The notes under the pieces: generated by a model
What the model was told of the DNA's origin: nothing
The model's database searches: none
The model's input: the letters and a program-made list of their open reading frames with translations, nothing else
Assembly (NCBI RefSeq): GCF_001194135.2
Contig: NC_069009.1
Span: forward strand, 427,310-465,187
Length of the DNA stretch: 37,878 bases
Direction: 5' to 3'
Origin: Octopus bimaculoides
Lineage: Eukaryota
Translations under genes and position numbers: made by a program
Shown: positions 21,351-33,370 of the stretch, piece by piece
How the letters are laid out: each line of letters begins with the position of its first letter
Numbering within the stretch: position 1 is the first letter of the stretch

Positions 21351-21640
21351 GAGGTAGGACCACTAAGGTTAAAGGAAGATGATGATGAAAACACAAGAAA
21401 CAACAAATCAATGTCACTTAAAATTTTTATTCATTATTCCCATTCTTTTCTTCTCTCCCAACAAATTCCTCAAAAGTCCAGCACAATCCTCTTCAAAAAT
21501 CCAAGTCATTGCTGTGTTGATATATTTGGATATATACATGATACTAAAGTTGATATTCATGAATTTCATGTTGACGTTCATGAAATAAAGCCTGTCTTTT
21601 AGCAGACAAAATATTCATAATTGTTGCTATGTTGTAATAA
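21351..21640 (-). terminator. 3' UTR / terminal block of ZNF-E with AATAAA at 21426-21431
   Basis: Homologous to 29170-29403 and 33809-33990. Confidence 0.6.
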
Positions 21641-21644
21641 ATTT

Positions 21645-22982
21645 TTATATTGATTCTGTTACACCTGTATGAATAGTCAAATGTCTATTTAAGTGACCTT
21701 TTTGAGCGAATGATTTACCACAGATATCACACTGATATGGCTTCTCTCCTGGATGAACACGTTCGTGAATAGTCAACTGACCATGTGTAGAGTATGAGTT
21801 ACCACAGATATCACAATGATATGGCTTCTCTCCTGTGTGTGTACGTTCGTGTTTACTTAAGTTACTACTTTCAGAGAATGATTTACCACAGATATCACAA
21901 TAATATGGCTTCTCTCCTGTATGCATAAGTTTGTGTCTAGTTAAGCCACTATTTTGAAGGAATGATTTACCACAGATATCACAATGATATGGCTTCTCTC
22001 CTGTATGAAGACGTTTGTGAATAGGCAACTGACTATTATAAGAGAATGATTTACCACAGATATCACAATGATATGGCTTCTCTCCTGTGTGTGTACGTTT
22101 GTGTTCAGTTAAGTCACTTCTTTGAGAGCATGATTTACCACAGATATCACAATGATATGGCTTCTCTCCTGTGTGTGTACGTCTGTGACAAGTCAAATGA
22201 CTACTTGAAGAGTATGATTTACCACAAATATCACAATGATATGGCTTCTCTCCTGTATGTGTAAGTTCGTGTCTTCTCAAGGTATAACTTTGAGAGAATG
22301 ATTTACCACAAATGTCACAATGATATGGCTTCTCTCCTGGATGTGTACGTTTGTGTATAGTCCTGGCACCACTTTGAGAGAATGATTTCCCACAAATATC
22401 ACAATGATATGGCTTCTCTTCTTTATGTGTACGCCTGTGTTCAGTTAAGGCAACACTCATAGAGAATGATTTACCACAGATATCACAATGATATGGCTTC
22501 TCTCCTGTATGAATACGTTTGTGTTTTGTCACATCACCACTTCCAGAGAATGATCTACCACAGATATCACAATAAAATGGCTTCTCACCTGTATGTGTAC
22601 GTTTGTGTTTAGGCAAGTCACCACTTTGAATAAATGATTTACCACAGATATCACATTGATATGGTTTTTCCCCAGTATGAATACGTTTGTGACGAGTTAA
22701 AGTGCCACTTTCAGAAAATGATTTACCACAGATATCACAGTGGTATGGTTTTTCCCCAGTATGAATACGTTTGTGAATAGTTAAATTACCATTTTGAAAG
22801 AATGGTTTACCACAGATATCACAGTGATATGGCTTTTCTCTTGTATGAATGTATTTGTGTTTAGTTAAGACTCTTTCTTTATTGAATGACTTACCACAGA
22901 TATCACAATGATATGGCTTCTCTCCTGTATCAGGGTCTTTTGGTTCAGTTAAATTATTCATTATGAGAGAATAATTTGTCAT
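21645..22982 (-). CDS. ZNF-E: C2H2 zinc-finger array protein, 445 aa from the first ATG, 15 fingers (alternative ATG at 22961)
   Basis: 15 fingers in one frame. The track start at 22991 is TTG. Confidence 0.9.
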   Translation of the reverse strand: MTNYSLIMNNLTEPKDPDTGEKPYHCDICGKSFNKERVLTKHKYIHTREKPYHCDICGKPFFQNGNLTIHKRIHTGEKPYHCDICGKSFSESGTLTRHKRIHTGEKPYQCDICGKSFIQSGDLPKHKRTHTGEKPFYCDICGRSFSGSGDVTKHKRIHTGEKPYHCDICGKSFSMSVALTEHRRTHKEEKPYHCDICGKSFSQSGARTIHKRTHPGEKPYHCDICGKSFSQSYTLRRHELTHTGEKPYHCDICGKSYSSSSHLTCHRRTHTGEKPYHCDICGKSCSQRSDLTEHKRTHTGEKPYHCDICGKSFSYNSQLPIHKRLHTGEKPYHCDICGKSFLQNSGLTRHKLMHTGEKPYYCDICGKSFSESSNLSKHERTHTGEKPYHCDICGNSYSTHGQLTIHERVHPGEKPYQCDICGKSFAQKGHLNRHLTIHTGVTESI

Positions 22983-23405
22983 AAATACCAAAATGATAGT
23001 GTTTTTTCAAATTCTATGGATGTTTGTATTTAGTTGTGTCACTATTTTCAGAGAATAATTTAACGTTATGTTTCTTTCACTTGTGATCTTAATTAATGTC
23101 TAAAATAGAAGATGTAAACTGTGAAATCCTTTGTAAAGTTATCCAATGTTATTTAATCTGTTAATTGATATTGTCCTCTACATTCCAAACTGTGAAGACA
23201 AAAAAAATGTTGCTGTGAAATACAATGTGCAGAAGAACTGTTTCCCCATCATTTGTTGAAGATCTAATTTATAGAAAAAGTTTGATGTATTGCTGAATGC
23301 TTCTTATAAATATATGGTCTTCGTTCAGTCAAGGAAAGTCGATAAAAAACATCAGAGGCACGTCTGAATGAAGAAATTCCTTTTACGTCAACATGATGTG
23401 ATATT

Positions 23406-23430
23406 CTGAAATAGGAAAAGAGGCAGTAAG
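23406..23430 (-). other. Predicted splice acceptor of ZNF-E (exon starts at 23405)
   Basis: Reverse strand reads TTACTGCCTCTTTTCCTATTTCAG|AATATCACATC. Confidence 0.7.
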
Positions 23431-23627
23431 ATAAAGCAGATAGTTAAACAACAGAGTAATTCAATTTTAGAACATCAATTGTCATCCATTTAATATCTAC
23501 GTTTGCATGGAGCAGAATCTATTGAGGCATTGAAAATTTTACAACAATCTGTATATAGATGAATCGCTTCAACATTACTTATTTATCTGTTTTCTTTCTC
23601 TTCTCTCTTTCACTTGTTTCAGCTGTG

Positions 23628-23700
23628 AAGTGACATGGCTTAGTTGTTAAGGTATTTAACTCAAAATTGTAAAGTTGTGAGTTCGATACACAGTGGCACA
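23628..23700 (+). mobile_element. Degenerate tRNA-like SINE head
   Basis: A-box-like TGGCTTAGTTG and B-box-like GAGTTCGATAC, with no intact cloverleaf. Confidence 0.45.
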
Positions 23701-23745
23701 ATATATTGTTTCACTTGTTTTTGTCATTTCACTACGGCCATGCAG

Positions 23746-23796
<51 letters not shown>

Positions 23797-24409
23797 NNNN
23801 NNNNNNNNNNNNNNNNNNNNNNNNNNNNNNNNNNNNNNNNNNNNNNNNNNNNNNNNNNNNNNNNNNNNNNNNNNNNNNNNNNNNNNNNNNNNNNNNNNNN
23901 NNNNNNNNNNNNNNNNNNNNNNNNNNNNNNNNNNNNNNNNNNNNNNNNNNNNNNNNNNNNNNNNNNNNNNNNNNNNNNNNNNNNNNNNNNNNNNNNNNNN
24001 NNNNNNNNNNNNNNNNNNNNNNNNNNNNNNNNNNNNNNNNNNNNNNNNNNNNNNNNNNNNNNNNNNNNNNNNNNNNNNNNNNNNNNNNNNNNNNNNNNNN
24101 NNNNNNNNNNNNNNNNNNNNNNNNNNNNNNNNNNNNNNNNNNNNNNNNNNNNNNNNNNNNNNNNNNNNNNNNNNNNNNNNNNNNNNNNNNNNNNNNNNNN
24201 NNNNNNNNNNNNNNNNNNNNNNNNNNNNNNNNNNNNNNNNNNNNNNNNNNNNNNNNNNNNNNNNNNNNNNNNNNNNNNNNNNNNNNNNNNNNNNNNNNTG
24301 TTTTCTATTTTGATAAATTCTCTCTGTTGAAAATTATATTTTTATATTTTAAATAATTTGCAATTTCAGGAAAATGTTTTTATATTAAATTTGTGTTTTC
24401 TAATAATTG

Positions 24410-24580
24410 ATAGATAGATACATAGTAGATAGATATCAGTAAGTAAGTAAGCCAAAGTATCAACTCAAACCAGCAGACAGACAGACAGACAGACAGATAG
24501 CTCAGCACGCAAGCAGGCAGACAGGCAAGCAGGCTGACAGACCAGCAACAGGCATGCAGGCAGACAGGCAGACAGACAGC
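24410..24580. repeat. Compound tetranucleotide microsatellite (GATA)n, (GTAA)n, (GACA)n, (GGCA)n
   Basis: Direct reading. Confidence 0.85.
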
Positions 24581-24759
24581 GACTACTTTCACTTCTGACA
24601 TCTAATAGCGTGATAGTGCCAACATTTTCATATTCGTTTCCTACACATGTTTTTACACCCGTTGCAGTATTTGTTTTAATATTTCGTTACCGGGAAATAT
24701 CGTAACCGTGAACCGACATCTTGGTCAACCTACCGTTTTATTAAAGCAACATAAACAAC

Positions 24760-24880
24760 GGGTCAGAATTTATTAATGTGGTCGACTTTGCCTTTCATCC
24801 TTTCGGGGTCTATAAATTAAGTACCAGTTGCGTACCGAGTCCAAATTTTGCACCTTGTGCCTAGAGTAGAGAAGTATTAA
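24760..24880 (+). mobile_element. SINE-like fragment, family C (3' part)
   Basis: GTCGACTTTGCCTTTCATCCTTTCGGGG...CCTTGTGCCTAGAGTAGA. The tail also occurs at about 14425-14470. Confidence 0.5.
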
Positions 24881-25088
24881 TTAATGTGGTAGTCTTCAAC
24901 CATTCTCCTCTCATTTTACTAATTAATGCCACATTACTTTCATTTTACCAATTAATTGGCTTCATATCACATGTAACAGTCGATAATAGGTTTTCATAAA
25001 CAATAGATCAACATTTCAGTAACATCGAGAGGTTCACATAATTCTATTATTACCATCACAGCTTGAAAGTAAATCTTTGTCAACTTAC

Positions 25089-25257
25089 CATATTCAGCTA
25101 TAAACAGCGAGTCAGTGATCAGCAATTCACTCACCTTAATTAATAATTTAATTGGGCCTTGCTTGAAATGTATTAGAAGTTATTTCGCTTTATATCATTA
25201 TATTTCTTAATTTCCCCAATAGATGGTTCTACTGGTCGGTGGGATTGGTTCCAGTGT
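25089..25257 (-). promoter_or_regulatory. Predicted non-coding first exon of ZNF-E (donor at 25088)
   Basis: Reverse strand reads ACTGGAACC...ACCATCTATTGG...GAATATG|GTAAGTTGACAAAG. Confidence 0.65.
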
Positions 25258-25411
25258 TGGGACAAAGAAATCAGAACAAAATAACGAAACTGGAACGAAA
25301 CGAACCAGTCAGTAAAGCCATCTATTGGAGAATTGAAGAAATACATCAGTATGAAGGGAAACCTCGGTGCTTAATTACCGATCATTGACTCGCTGTTTAT
25401 GTCTGAAGATG
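25258..25411 (+). promoter_or_regulatory. Predicted non-coding first exon of ZNF-F (donor at 25412; acceptor presumably in the gap 26347-27170)
   Basis: TGGGACAAAG...ACTGGAACGAAACGAAC...GCCATCTATTGG...GAAGATG|GTAAGTTGAC. Confidence 0.65.
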
Positions 25412-27409
25412 GTAAGTTGACAAAAATGTACTTTAAGGCTGTAATGGTGATAATAATGCTAATAATAATAATATAAAGAATAGAATTTAATGTTATGTTT
25501 CTTCCATTTGTGATCTTAATTAATATCCAAAACAGAAGATGTAAACTGTTAAATGCTTTGTAAAGTTATCCAATGTTAATTTGTTAATTGATAATCTCCT
25601 CTACATTCCAAACTGTGAAGACAAAAAAAAATGTTGCTGTGAAATACAATGTGCAGAAGAACTATTTCCCCATGTTACAGTAATTTTTTCGAGGCAGAAA
25701 CTTATTAGGAAAATATATTTCCTCGTCTTAAATATTAACTTATAAAGTGAAATATTGATCTGTTGTGTATGATAACATATTATCGACTGTTACATGTGAT
25801 ATAAAGGAAATTAATAGGAAAAGTGAAAGTAATGTGGCGTAATTAATTAGTAGAATGAAGGGAAACCGATTGAAGAATACCACATTAATTAATGCTGTCC
25901 TGTTGTTTATGAGACACTGTTAAAACGGTAAGTAGACAAAGATTTGCTGTAAGGTTATATTAATAATAATGATGATGATGCAGGGATGGACTGAAAGTAT
26001 TTAGGGGCCTCGGGCATAACTGTTTACCGGGCCTCTTAGCATTGGTATCAAAAACGGTGGAGGTAAGGACAACGGACGGCAGAAACTTTCAAAATTTAAA
26101 ACCGCCCCAACCGGCAATCTGACTAGCTAGAAACAACAGTCAAACGGAGGATTAACATTGTAAATACGAATTACCAAAAGAGGAAAAAAAAAATTTGGTC
26201 CAGATGGACTATATGTAATCTGAACCTTTCCCCCCTTATTTTATTTATTTTTTTGTTACGGAATCCCACGTTTTAGGCTATGGAGATTCCGATTCTGAAA
26301 AAAAAATTTCCAAAAATCTCAATTTCAGAATTTCGATCCCCCCCCCNNNNNNNNNNNNNNNNNNNNNNNNNNNNNNNNNNNNNNNNNNNNNNNNNNNNNN
26401 NNNNNNNNNNNNNNNNNNNNNNNNNNNNNNNNNNNNNNNNNNNNNNNNNNNNNNNNNNNNNNNNNNNNNNNNNNNNNNNNNNNNNNNNNNNNNNNNNNNN
26501 NNNNNNNNNNNNNNNNNNNNNNNNNNNNNNNNNNNNNNNNNNNNNNNNNNNNNNNNNNNNNNNNNNNNNNNNNNNNNNNNNNNNNNNNNNNNNNNNNNNN
26601 NNNNNNNNNNNNNNNNNNNNNNNNNNNNNNNNNNNNNNNNNNNNNNNNNNNNNNNNNNNNNNNNNNNNNNNNNNNNNNNNNNNNNNNNNNNNNNNNNNNN
26701 NNNNNNNNNNNNNNNNNNNNNNNNNNNNNNNNNNNNNNNNNNNNNNNNNNNNNNNNNNNNNNNNNNNNNNNNNNNNNNNNNNNNNNNNNNNNNNNNNNNN
26801 NNNNNNNNNNNNNNNNNNNNNNNNNNNNNNNNNNNNNNNNNNNNNNNNNNNNNNNNNNNNNNNNNNNNNNNNNNNNNNNNNNNNNNNNNNNNNNNNNNNN
26901 NNNNNNNNNNNNNNNNNNNNNNNNNNNNNNNNNNNNNNNNNNNNNNNNNNNNNNNNNNNNNNNNNNNNNNNNNNNNNNNNNNNNNNNNNNNNNNNNNNNN
27001 NNNNNNNNNNNNNNNNNNNNNNNNNNNNNNNNNNNNNNNNNNNNNNNNNNNNNNNNNNNNNNNNNNNNNNNNNNNNNNNNNNNNNNNNNNNNNNNNNNNN
27101 NNNNNNNNNNNNNNNNNNNNNNNNNNNNNNNNNNNNNNNNNNNNNNNNNNNNNNNNNNNNNNNNNNNNNNTTTCACAGCAACATTTTTTTTGTCTTCACA
27201 GTTTGTAATGTAGAGGAGATTATCAATTAACAGATTAATTAACATTGGATAACTTTACAAAGGATTTAACAGTTTACATCTTCTGTTTTGGATATTAATT
27301 AAGATCACAAATGAAAGAAACATAACAATAAATTATTCTCTGAAAATAGTGACACAACTAAATACAAACATCCATAGAATTTGAAAGAAACACTATCATT
27401 TTGGTATTT

Positions 27410-29155
27410 ATGACAAATTATTCTCTCATAATGAATAATTTAACTGAACCAAAAAACTCTGATACAAGAGAGAAGCCATATCATTGTGATATCTGTGGTA
27501 AATCATTCTCTCAAAGAAGTAACTTGAATAAACACAGACGCATTCATACTGGGGTAAAACCATATCAATGTGATATCTGCGGTAAATCATTCACTCAAAG
27601 TGGTCATTTGACTTGTCACAAAACTACTCATACTGGGGTAAAACCATATCAGTGTGATATCTGTGGTAGATCATTTTCCACAACAAGCATTTTAACTAAA
27701 CACAAATGCGTTCATAGAGGAGAGAAACCATATCAATGTGATATCTGCGGTAAATCATTCTTTCAAAGTCAACATTTGACTCGTCACAAACGTACTCATA
27801 CTGGGGAAAAACCATATCACTGTGATATCTGTGGTAAATTATTTTCTTGTTCTGGTTCCTTAAAAAGACACAAACGTGTTCATACAGGAGAGAAGCCATA
27901 TCATTGTGATATTTGTGGTAAATCATTTTCTGGAAGTGGTGACGTGACAAAACACAAACGTACACATACAGGAGAGAAGTCATATCACTGTGATATCTGT
28001 GGTGAATCATTTGCTAGAAATAATGGCTTGACTAATCACAAACGTATTCACACTGGGGAAAAACCATATCAATGTGATATCTGTGGTAAATCATTTTCCA
28101 GAAAAGGCATTTTAAATGCTCATAAACGTATTCATACTGGGGAAAAACCATATGAATGTGATATCTGTGGTAAATTATATTCTTCTCCTGATCCCTTAAA
28201 AAGACACAAAGGTACTCATATAGGTGAGAAGCCATTTTATTGTAATATCTGTGGTAAATCATTTGCTCAAAGTAGTGACTTGACTAAACACAAACGTGTA
28301 CATACAGGAGAGAAGCCATATTATTGTAATATCTGTGGTAAATCATTTGCTAGCAATAGTCGCTTGACTAGTCACAAACGCATTCATACAGGGAAAAAAC
28401 CATATCAATGTGATATCTGCAGTAAATCATTTTCCAAAACTGACACTTTAGTTCGTCACCAACGTCTTCATACTGGGGAAAAACCATATCAATGTGATAT
28501 CTGTGGTAAATCATTGGCTCAAAGCGGTGATTTGACTAAACACAAACGTACACACACAGGAGAGAAGCCATATCATTGTGATATTTGTGGTAAATCATTT
28601 TCTGGAAGTAGCGACTTTACAATACACAAACGTACACATACAGGAGAGAAGCCATATCATTGTAATATCTGTAGTAAATCATTTTCAGACTGTAGCAGTT
28701 TTAGTAAGCACAAACGTATTCATACAGGAGAGAAGCCAAGTCATTGTAATATCTGTGGTAAATCATTTTCTGTAAGTGGTGATGTGACAAAACACAAACG
28801 TACACATACAGGAGAGAAGCCATATCATTGTAATATCTGTAGTAAATCATTTTCAGACTGTAGCAGTTTTAGTAAGCACAAACGTATTCATACAAGAGAG
28901 AAGCCAAGTCATTGTAATATCTATGGTAAATCATTTTTTAGAAATTCTGATTTGATTAGTCACAAACGTATTCATACTAAGGAGAAACCATATCAGTGTG
29001 ATGTTTGTGGTAAATCATTCTCTCACAACAGTACTTTAAATAATCACAAACTTATTCATACAGGAGGAGAACCATATCATTGCAAAATCTGCGGTAAATC
29101 ATTCTATGCAAAAGGCCTCTTACGTACACATGTGAGTATTCATACACAACTGTAA
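27410..29155 (+). CDS. ZNF-F: C2H2 zinc-finger array protein, 581 aa from the first ATG, 20 finger units (finger 18 has Cys changed to Tyr)
   Basis: Open frame. The track start at 27401 is TTG; ATGs lie at 27410 and 27431. The TAT at 28922 replaces the second Cys of finger 18. Confidence 0.9.
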   Translation: MTNYSLIMNNLTEPKNSDTREKPYHCDICGKSFSQRSNLNKHRRIHTGVKPYQCDICGKSFTQSGHLTCHKTTHTGVKPYQCDICGRSFSTTSILTKHKCVHRGEKPYQCDICGKSFFQSQHLTRHKRTHTGEKPYHCDICGKLFSCSGSLKRHKRVHTGEKPYHCDICGKSFSGSGDVTKHKRTHTGEKSYHCDICGESFARNNGLTNHKRIHTGEKPYQCDICGKSFSRKGILNAHKRIHTGEKPYECDICGKLYSSPDPLKRHKGTHIGEKPFYCNICGKSFAQSSDLTKHKRVHTGEKPYYCNICGKSFASNSRLTSHKRIHTGKKPYQCDICSKSFSKTDTLVRHQRLHTGEKPYQCDICGKSLAQSGDLTKHKRTHTGEKPYHCDICGKSFSGSSDFTIHKRTHTGEKPYHCNICSKSFSDCSSFSKHKRIHTGEKPSHCNICGKSFSVSGDVTKHKRTHTGEKPYHCNICSKSFSDCSSFSKHKRIHTREKPSHCNIYGKSFFRNSDLISHKRIHTKEKPYQCDVCGKSFSHNSTLNNHKLIHTGGEPYHCKICGKSFYAKGLLRTHVSIHTQL

Positions 29156-29169
29156 CAGGATCACTATCA

Positions 29170-29403
29170 AAATTTATTACAACAGGACAACAATTATGAA
29201 TATTTTGTCTGCTAAAAGACAGGGTTTATTATTCTTCAAGCTTGACATGAAATCCATGAATCTCAACTTCATTAATATGTATATATCTAAAGACATCAAC
29301 ACAGAGATGACTTTGATTTCTGAAGATGATCGTGCTGGATTTTTGAGGAATTTGTTAGAAAATAATGAATAAAAGTTTTAAATGATATTGATTTTGTCTT
29401 TGT
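29170..29403 (+). terminator. 3' UTR / terminal block of ZNF-F with AATAAA at 29368-29373
   Basis: Near-identical to 33809-33975 and homologous to the blocks of E and B. Confidence 0.6.
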
Positions 29404-30025
29404 NNNNNNNNNNNNNNNNNNNNNNNNNNNNNNNNNNNNNNNNNNNNNNNNNNNNNNNNNNNNNNNNNNNNNNNNNNNNNNNNNNNNNNNNNNNNNNNNN
29501 NNNNNNNNNNNNNNNNNNNNNNNNNNNNNNNNNNNNNNNNNNNNNNNNNNNNNNNNNNNNNNNNNNNNNNNNNNNNNNNNNNNNNNNNNNNNNNNNNNNN
29601 NNNNNNNNNNNNNNNNNNNNNNNNNNNNNNNNNNNNNNNNNNNNNNNNNNNNNNNNNNNNNNNNNNNNNNNNNNNNNNNNNNNNNNNNNNNNNNNNNNNN
29701 NNNNNNNNNNNNNNNNNNNNNNNNNNNNNNNNNNNNNNNNNNNNNNNNNNNNNNNNNNNNNNNNNNNNNNNNNNNNNNNNNNNNNNNNNNNNNNNNNNNN
29801 NNNNNNNNNNNNNNNNNNNNNNNNNNNNNNNNNNNNNNNNNNNNNNNNNNNNNNNNNNNNNNNNNNNNNNNNNNNNNNNNNNNNNNNNNNNNNNNNNNNN
29901 NNNNNNNNNNNNNNNNNNNNNNNNNNNNNNNNNNNNNNNNNNNNNNNNNNNNNNNNNNNNNNNNNNNNNNNNNNNNNNNNNNNNNNNNNNNNNNNNNNNN
30001 NNNNNNNNNNNNNNNNNNNNNNNNN

Positions 30026-30078
30026 GACCCACTCTTCTTGAATAGGACCCATTGACTCGTTGTTTATATCTGTATACG
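30026..30078 (+). promoter_or_regulatory. Predicted first-exon end of ZNF-G (donor at 30079), fused to the GC-rich repeat
   Basis: GACCCACTCTTCTTGAATAGGACCCA|TTGACTCGTTGTTTATATCTGTATACG|GTAAGTTGAC, identical to 35352-35404. Confidence 0.6.
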
Positions 30079-30502
30079 GTAAGTTGACAAAGATTTAATT
30101 CAAGGCTGTAATGGTGATAAGAATGTGAACTTCTGGATGTTGCAGCAATTATTTCGAAGCGAAAACAAAAGAACATTAGGAAAATATATTTCCTCGTCTT
30201 CAATAATAATGGTTAATGTTTAAACTTCCAAAGTCGAGATTTGACTTGAATTCGTTTTAGTGTCCATAAATAATATTGACGACAATGATGATAATGCTTT
30301 TTACTTAAGGCATAAGGCCTGTAATTTGGTTGCGAGGTGTAATTCTATCGCATGGGCCACTGTGTCTTATTTTGTTGACCTCAAATGGATGACCACGGTT
30401 TCCTCGTCACTTTCTGAAAACTCGGTATTTTTTAATGAAATCTATTGCTTTTTTTCAGATGATTACAGTTATTATATTTTTCAGATGGTGTAGTTTGTGA
30501 TT

Positions 30503-30835
30503 GTGGAGGCACAATGGCCTAGTGGTTAGGGCGTTGTGAATGTTTATTGAGCGAAAATACCTAAAGCCCCACGAGGCTCAGACAGGGGATGGTGGCGAAC
30601 CCTGCTGTACTCTTCCACCACAACTTTCTCTCACTCTTTCTTCCTGTTTCTGTTGTGCCTGTAATTCAAAGGGTCAGCCTTGTCACACTGTGTCACGCTG
30701 AATATCCCCGAGAACTACGTTAAGGGTACACGTGTCTGTGGAGTGCTCAGCCACTTGCACGTTAATTTCACGAGCAGTTCTGTTCCGTTGATTGGATCAA
30801 CTGGAACCCTCGACGGAGTGCCAACACACAACAGC
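30503..30835 (+). mobile_element. tRNA-derived SINE family A with the B-box region deleted
   Basis: 11-bp target-site duplication AGTTTGTGATT at 30492-30502 and 30836-30846. Confidence 0.85.
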
Positions 30836-31215
30836 AGTTTGTGATTATATCCAAATTTGTTCTGAAAATCTGTTTTCGGGTACTGTGCAGCGCGGGAGAA
30901 TTTCATATGATTTACACACCTAAGTCTTGTTTCGTCATAATTTACTGAAGGAGTTGTTCTAATGAAATTTTGTACAAGTACCATTCCAGTGGTATAGATT
31001 ACGATTATGTCGGAATTTGTTGTGAAAATCTTTCTCTCTCTCTCTCTCAAATATTCTCTTTTAAACAAATTCAAAAGTATCTCATCCTCTGCAGGTCGTT
31101 TAGCATGCTAGAAACAGCAGTCGTTACATGGCTTTATCATAAGACCTGTAGCATGACAAACCAGATGGTTTTTCCTTTTAAGTACATTTATTTGTTGGAT
31201 TGATAATAAAACTAA

Positions 31216-31479
<264 letters not shown>

Positions 31480-31852
31480 TGATGTTTTTTATCGACTTTC
31501 CTTGACTGAACGAAGACCATATATTTATAAGAAGCATTCAGCAATACATCAAACTCTTTCTATAAATTAGATCTTCAACAAATGATGGGGAAACAGTTCT
31601 TCTGCACATTGTATTTCACAGCAACATTTTTTTTGTCTTCACAGTTTGTAATGTAGAGGAGATTATCAATTAACAGATTAATTAACATTGGATAACTTTA
31701 CAAAGGATTTAACAGTTTACATCTTCTGTTTTGGATATTAATTAAGATCACAAATGAAAGAAACATAAAATTAAATTATTCTCCAAAAATAGTGACACAC
31801 CTAAATAAAAACATCCATAGAATTTGAAAGAAACACTATCATTTTGGTATTT

Positions 31853-33370
31853 ATGACAAATTATTCTCTCATAATGAATAATTTAACTGAACCAAAAAAC
31901 CCTGATACAAGAGAGAAGCCATATCATTGTGATATCTGTGGTAAATCATTCAGTGAAGAAAGAGTCTTAACTAAACACAAATGCATTCATACAGGAGAGA
32001 AATCACATCGCTGTGATATCTGTGGTAAATTATTCTTTAAAAGTAGTTCTTTGACTATTCACAAACGTATTCATACTGGCGAAAAGCCATATCAATGTGA
32101 TGTCTGTGATAAATCATTCTCTCAAAGTGGTTCTTTGACTTATCACAAAAGTACTCATACGGTGGTAAAACCATATCAGTGTGATATCTGCAGTAAATTA
32201 TTTTCCACAAAAGGCATTTTAACTGCTCATAAACGTATTCACATTGGGGAAAAACAATATCACTGTGATGTCTGTGGTAAATCATTCTTTCAAAGTGGTT
32301 GCTTGACTAGTCACAAACGTATTCATACTGGAGTAAAACCATATCATTGTGATATCTGCAGTAAATTATTTTCCACAAATAGCACTTTAGTTCGTCACAA
32401 ACGTACTCATATAGGTGAGAAGCCATTTTATTGTAATATCTGTGGTAAATCATTTGCTCAAAATAGTGACTTGACTAAACACATACGTGTACATACAGGA
32501 GAGAAGCCATATCACTGTAATATCTGTGGTAAATCATTTGCTAGATATAGTTACTTGTATAGTCACAAACTTATTCATACTGGGGAAAAACGATATCAAT
32601 GTGATATCTGCAGTAAATTATTTTCCAGAAGTGGCACTTTAGTTCGTCACAAACGTACTCATACTGGGGAAAAACCATATCAATGTGATATCTGTGGTAT
32701 ATCATTTGCTCAAAGTGGTGACTTGCCTAAACACAAACGTACTCATACAGGAGAGAAGCCATATAGTTGTGATATCTGTGGTAGATCATTTTCTGGAAGT
32801 GGTGATGTGACAAAACACAAACGTACACACACAGGAGAGAAGCCATATCATTGTAATATCTGTAGTAAATCATTTTCTGAAAGTAGCCATTTGATTACTC
32901 ACAAGCGTATTCATACTAAGGAAAAACCATATCAGTGTGATGTTTGTGGTAAATCATTCTCTCAAAGTAATGACTTAACTAGACACCATCGCATTCATAC
33001 AGGAGGGGAACCATATCATTGTAATATCTGTGGTAAATCATTTTCAGAAAGTAGTACTTTAACTTGTCACAAACGTATTCATATAGGAGAGAAGCCATAT
33101 CATTGTAATATCTGTGGTAAATCATTCTCTTCAAGTAGCTCTTTGATTAGTCACAAGCGTATTCATACTAAGGAAAAACCATATCATTGTGATATTTGTG
33201 GTAAACTATTTTCTTACAACAAAACTTTAAATAATCACAAACGTATTCATACAGGAGAGAAGACGTATCATTGTGATATCTGTGGCAAATCATTCTCCCA
33301 AAGTGGGGTCTTGTCTAAACACAAACGTACCCATACAAAGAAGGGGCCATATTATTCTGATATCTGGTGA
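31853..33370 (+). CDS. ZNF-G: C2H2 zinc-finger array protein, 505 aa from the first ATG, 17 fingers
   Basis: 17 intact fingers. The track start at 31844 is TTG; ATGs lie at 31853 and 31874. Confidence 0.9.
   Translation: MTNYSLIMNNLTEPKNPDTREKPYHCDICGKSFSEERVLTKHKCIHTGEKSHRCDICGKLFFKSSSLTIHKRIHTGEKPYQCDVCDKSFSQSGSLTYHKSTHTVVKPYQCDICSKLFSTKGILTAHKRIHIGEKQYHCDVCGKSFFQSGCLTSHKRIHTGVKPYHCDICSKLFSTNSTLVRHKRTHIGEKPFYCNICGKSFAQNSDLTKHIRVHTGEKPYHCNICGKSFARYSYLYSHKLIHTGEKRYQCDICSKLFSRSGTLVRHKRTHTGEKPYQCDICGISFAQSGDLPKHKRTHTGEKPYSCDICGRSFSGSGDVTKHKRTHTGEKPYHCNICSKSFSESSHLITHKRIHTKEKPYQCDVCGKSFSQSNDLTRHHRIHTGGEPYHCNICGKSFSESSTLTCHKRIHIGEKPYHCNICGKSFSSSSSLISHKRIHTKEKPYHCDICGKLFSYNKTLNNHKRIHTGEKTYHCDICGKSFSQSGVLSKHKRTHTKKGPYYSDIW

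Noticed and set aside
25980-26346. CAGGGATGG start and GC-rich segment suggesting a hAT-type terminal repeat
   Set aside because: The other end would lie in the gap. No inverted partner or target-site duplication can be shown.
27401-27409. Track starts at TTG or GTG (14879, 22991, 27401, 31844)
   Set aside because: These are non-ATG starts from the ORF caller. In-frame ATGs follow within 3-7 codons and are used instead.
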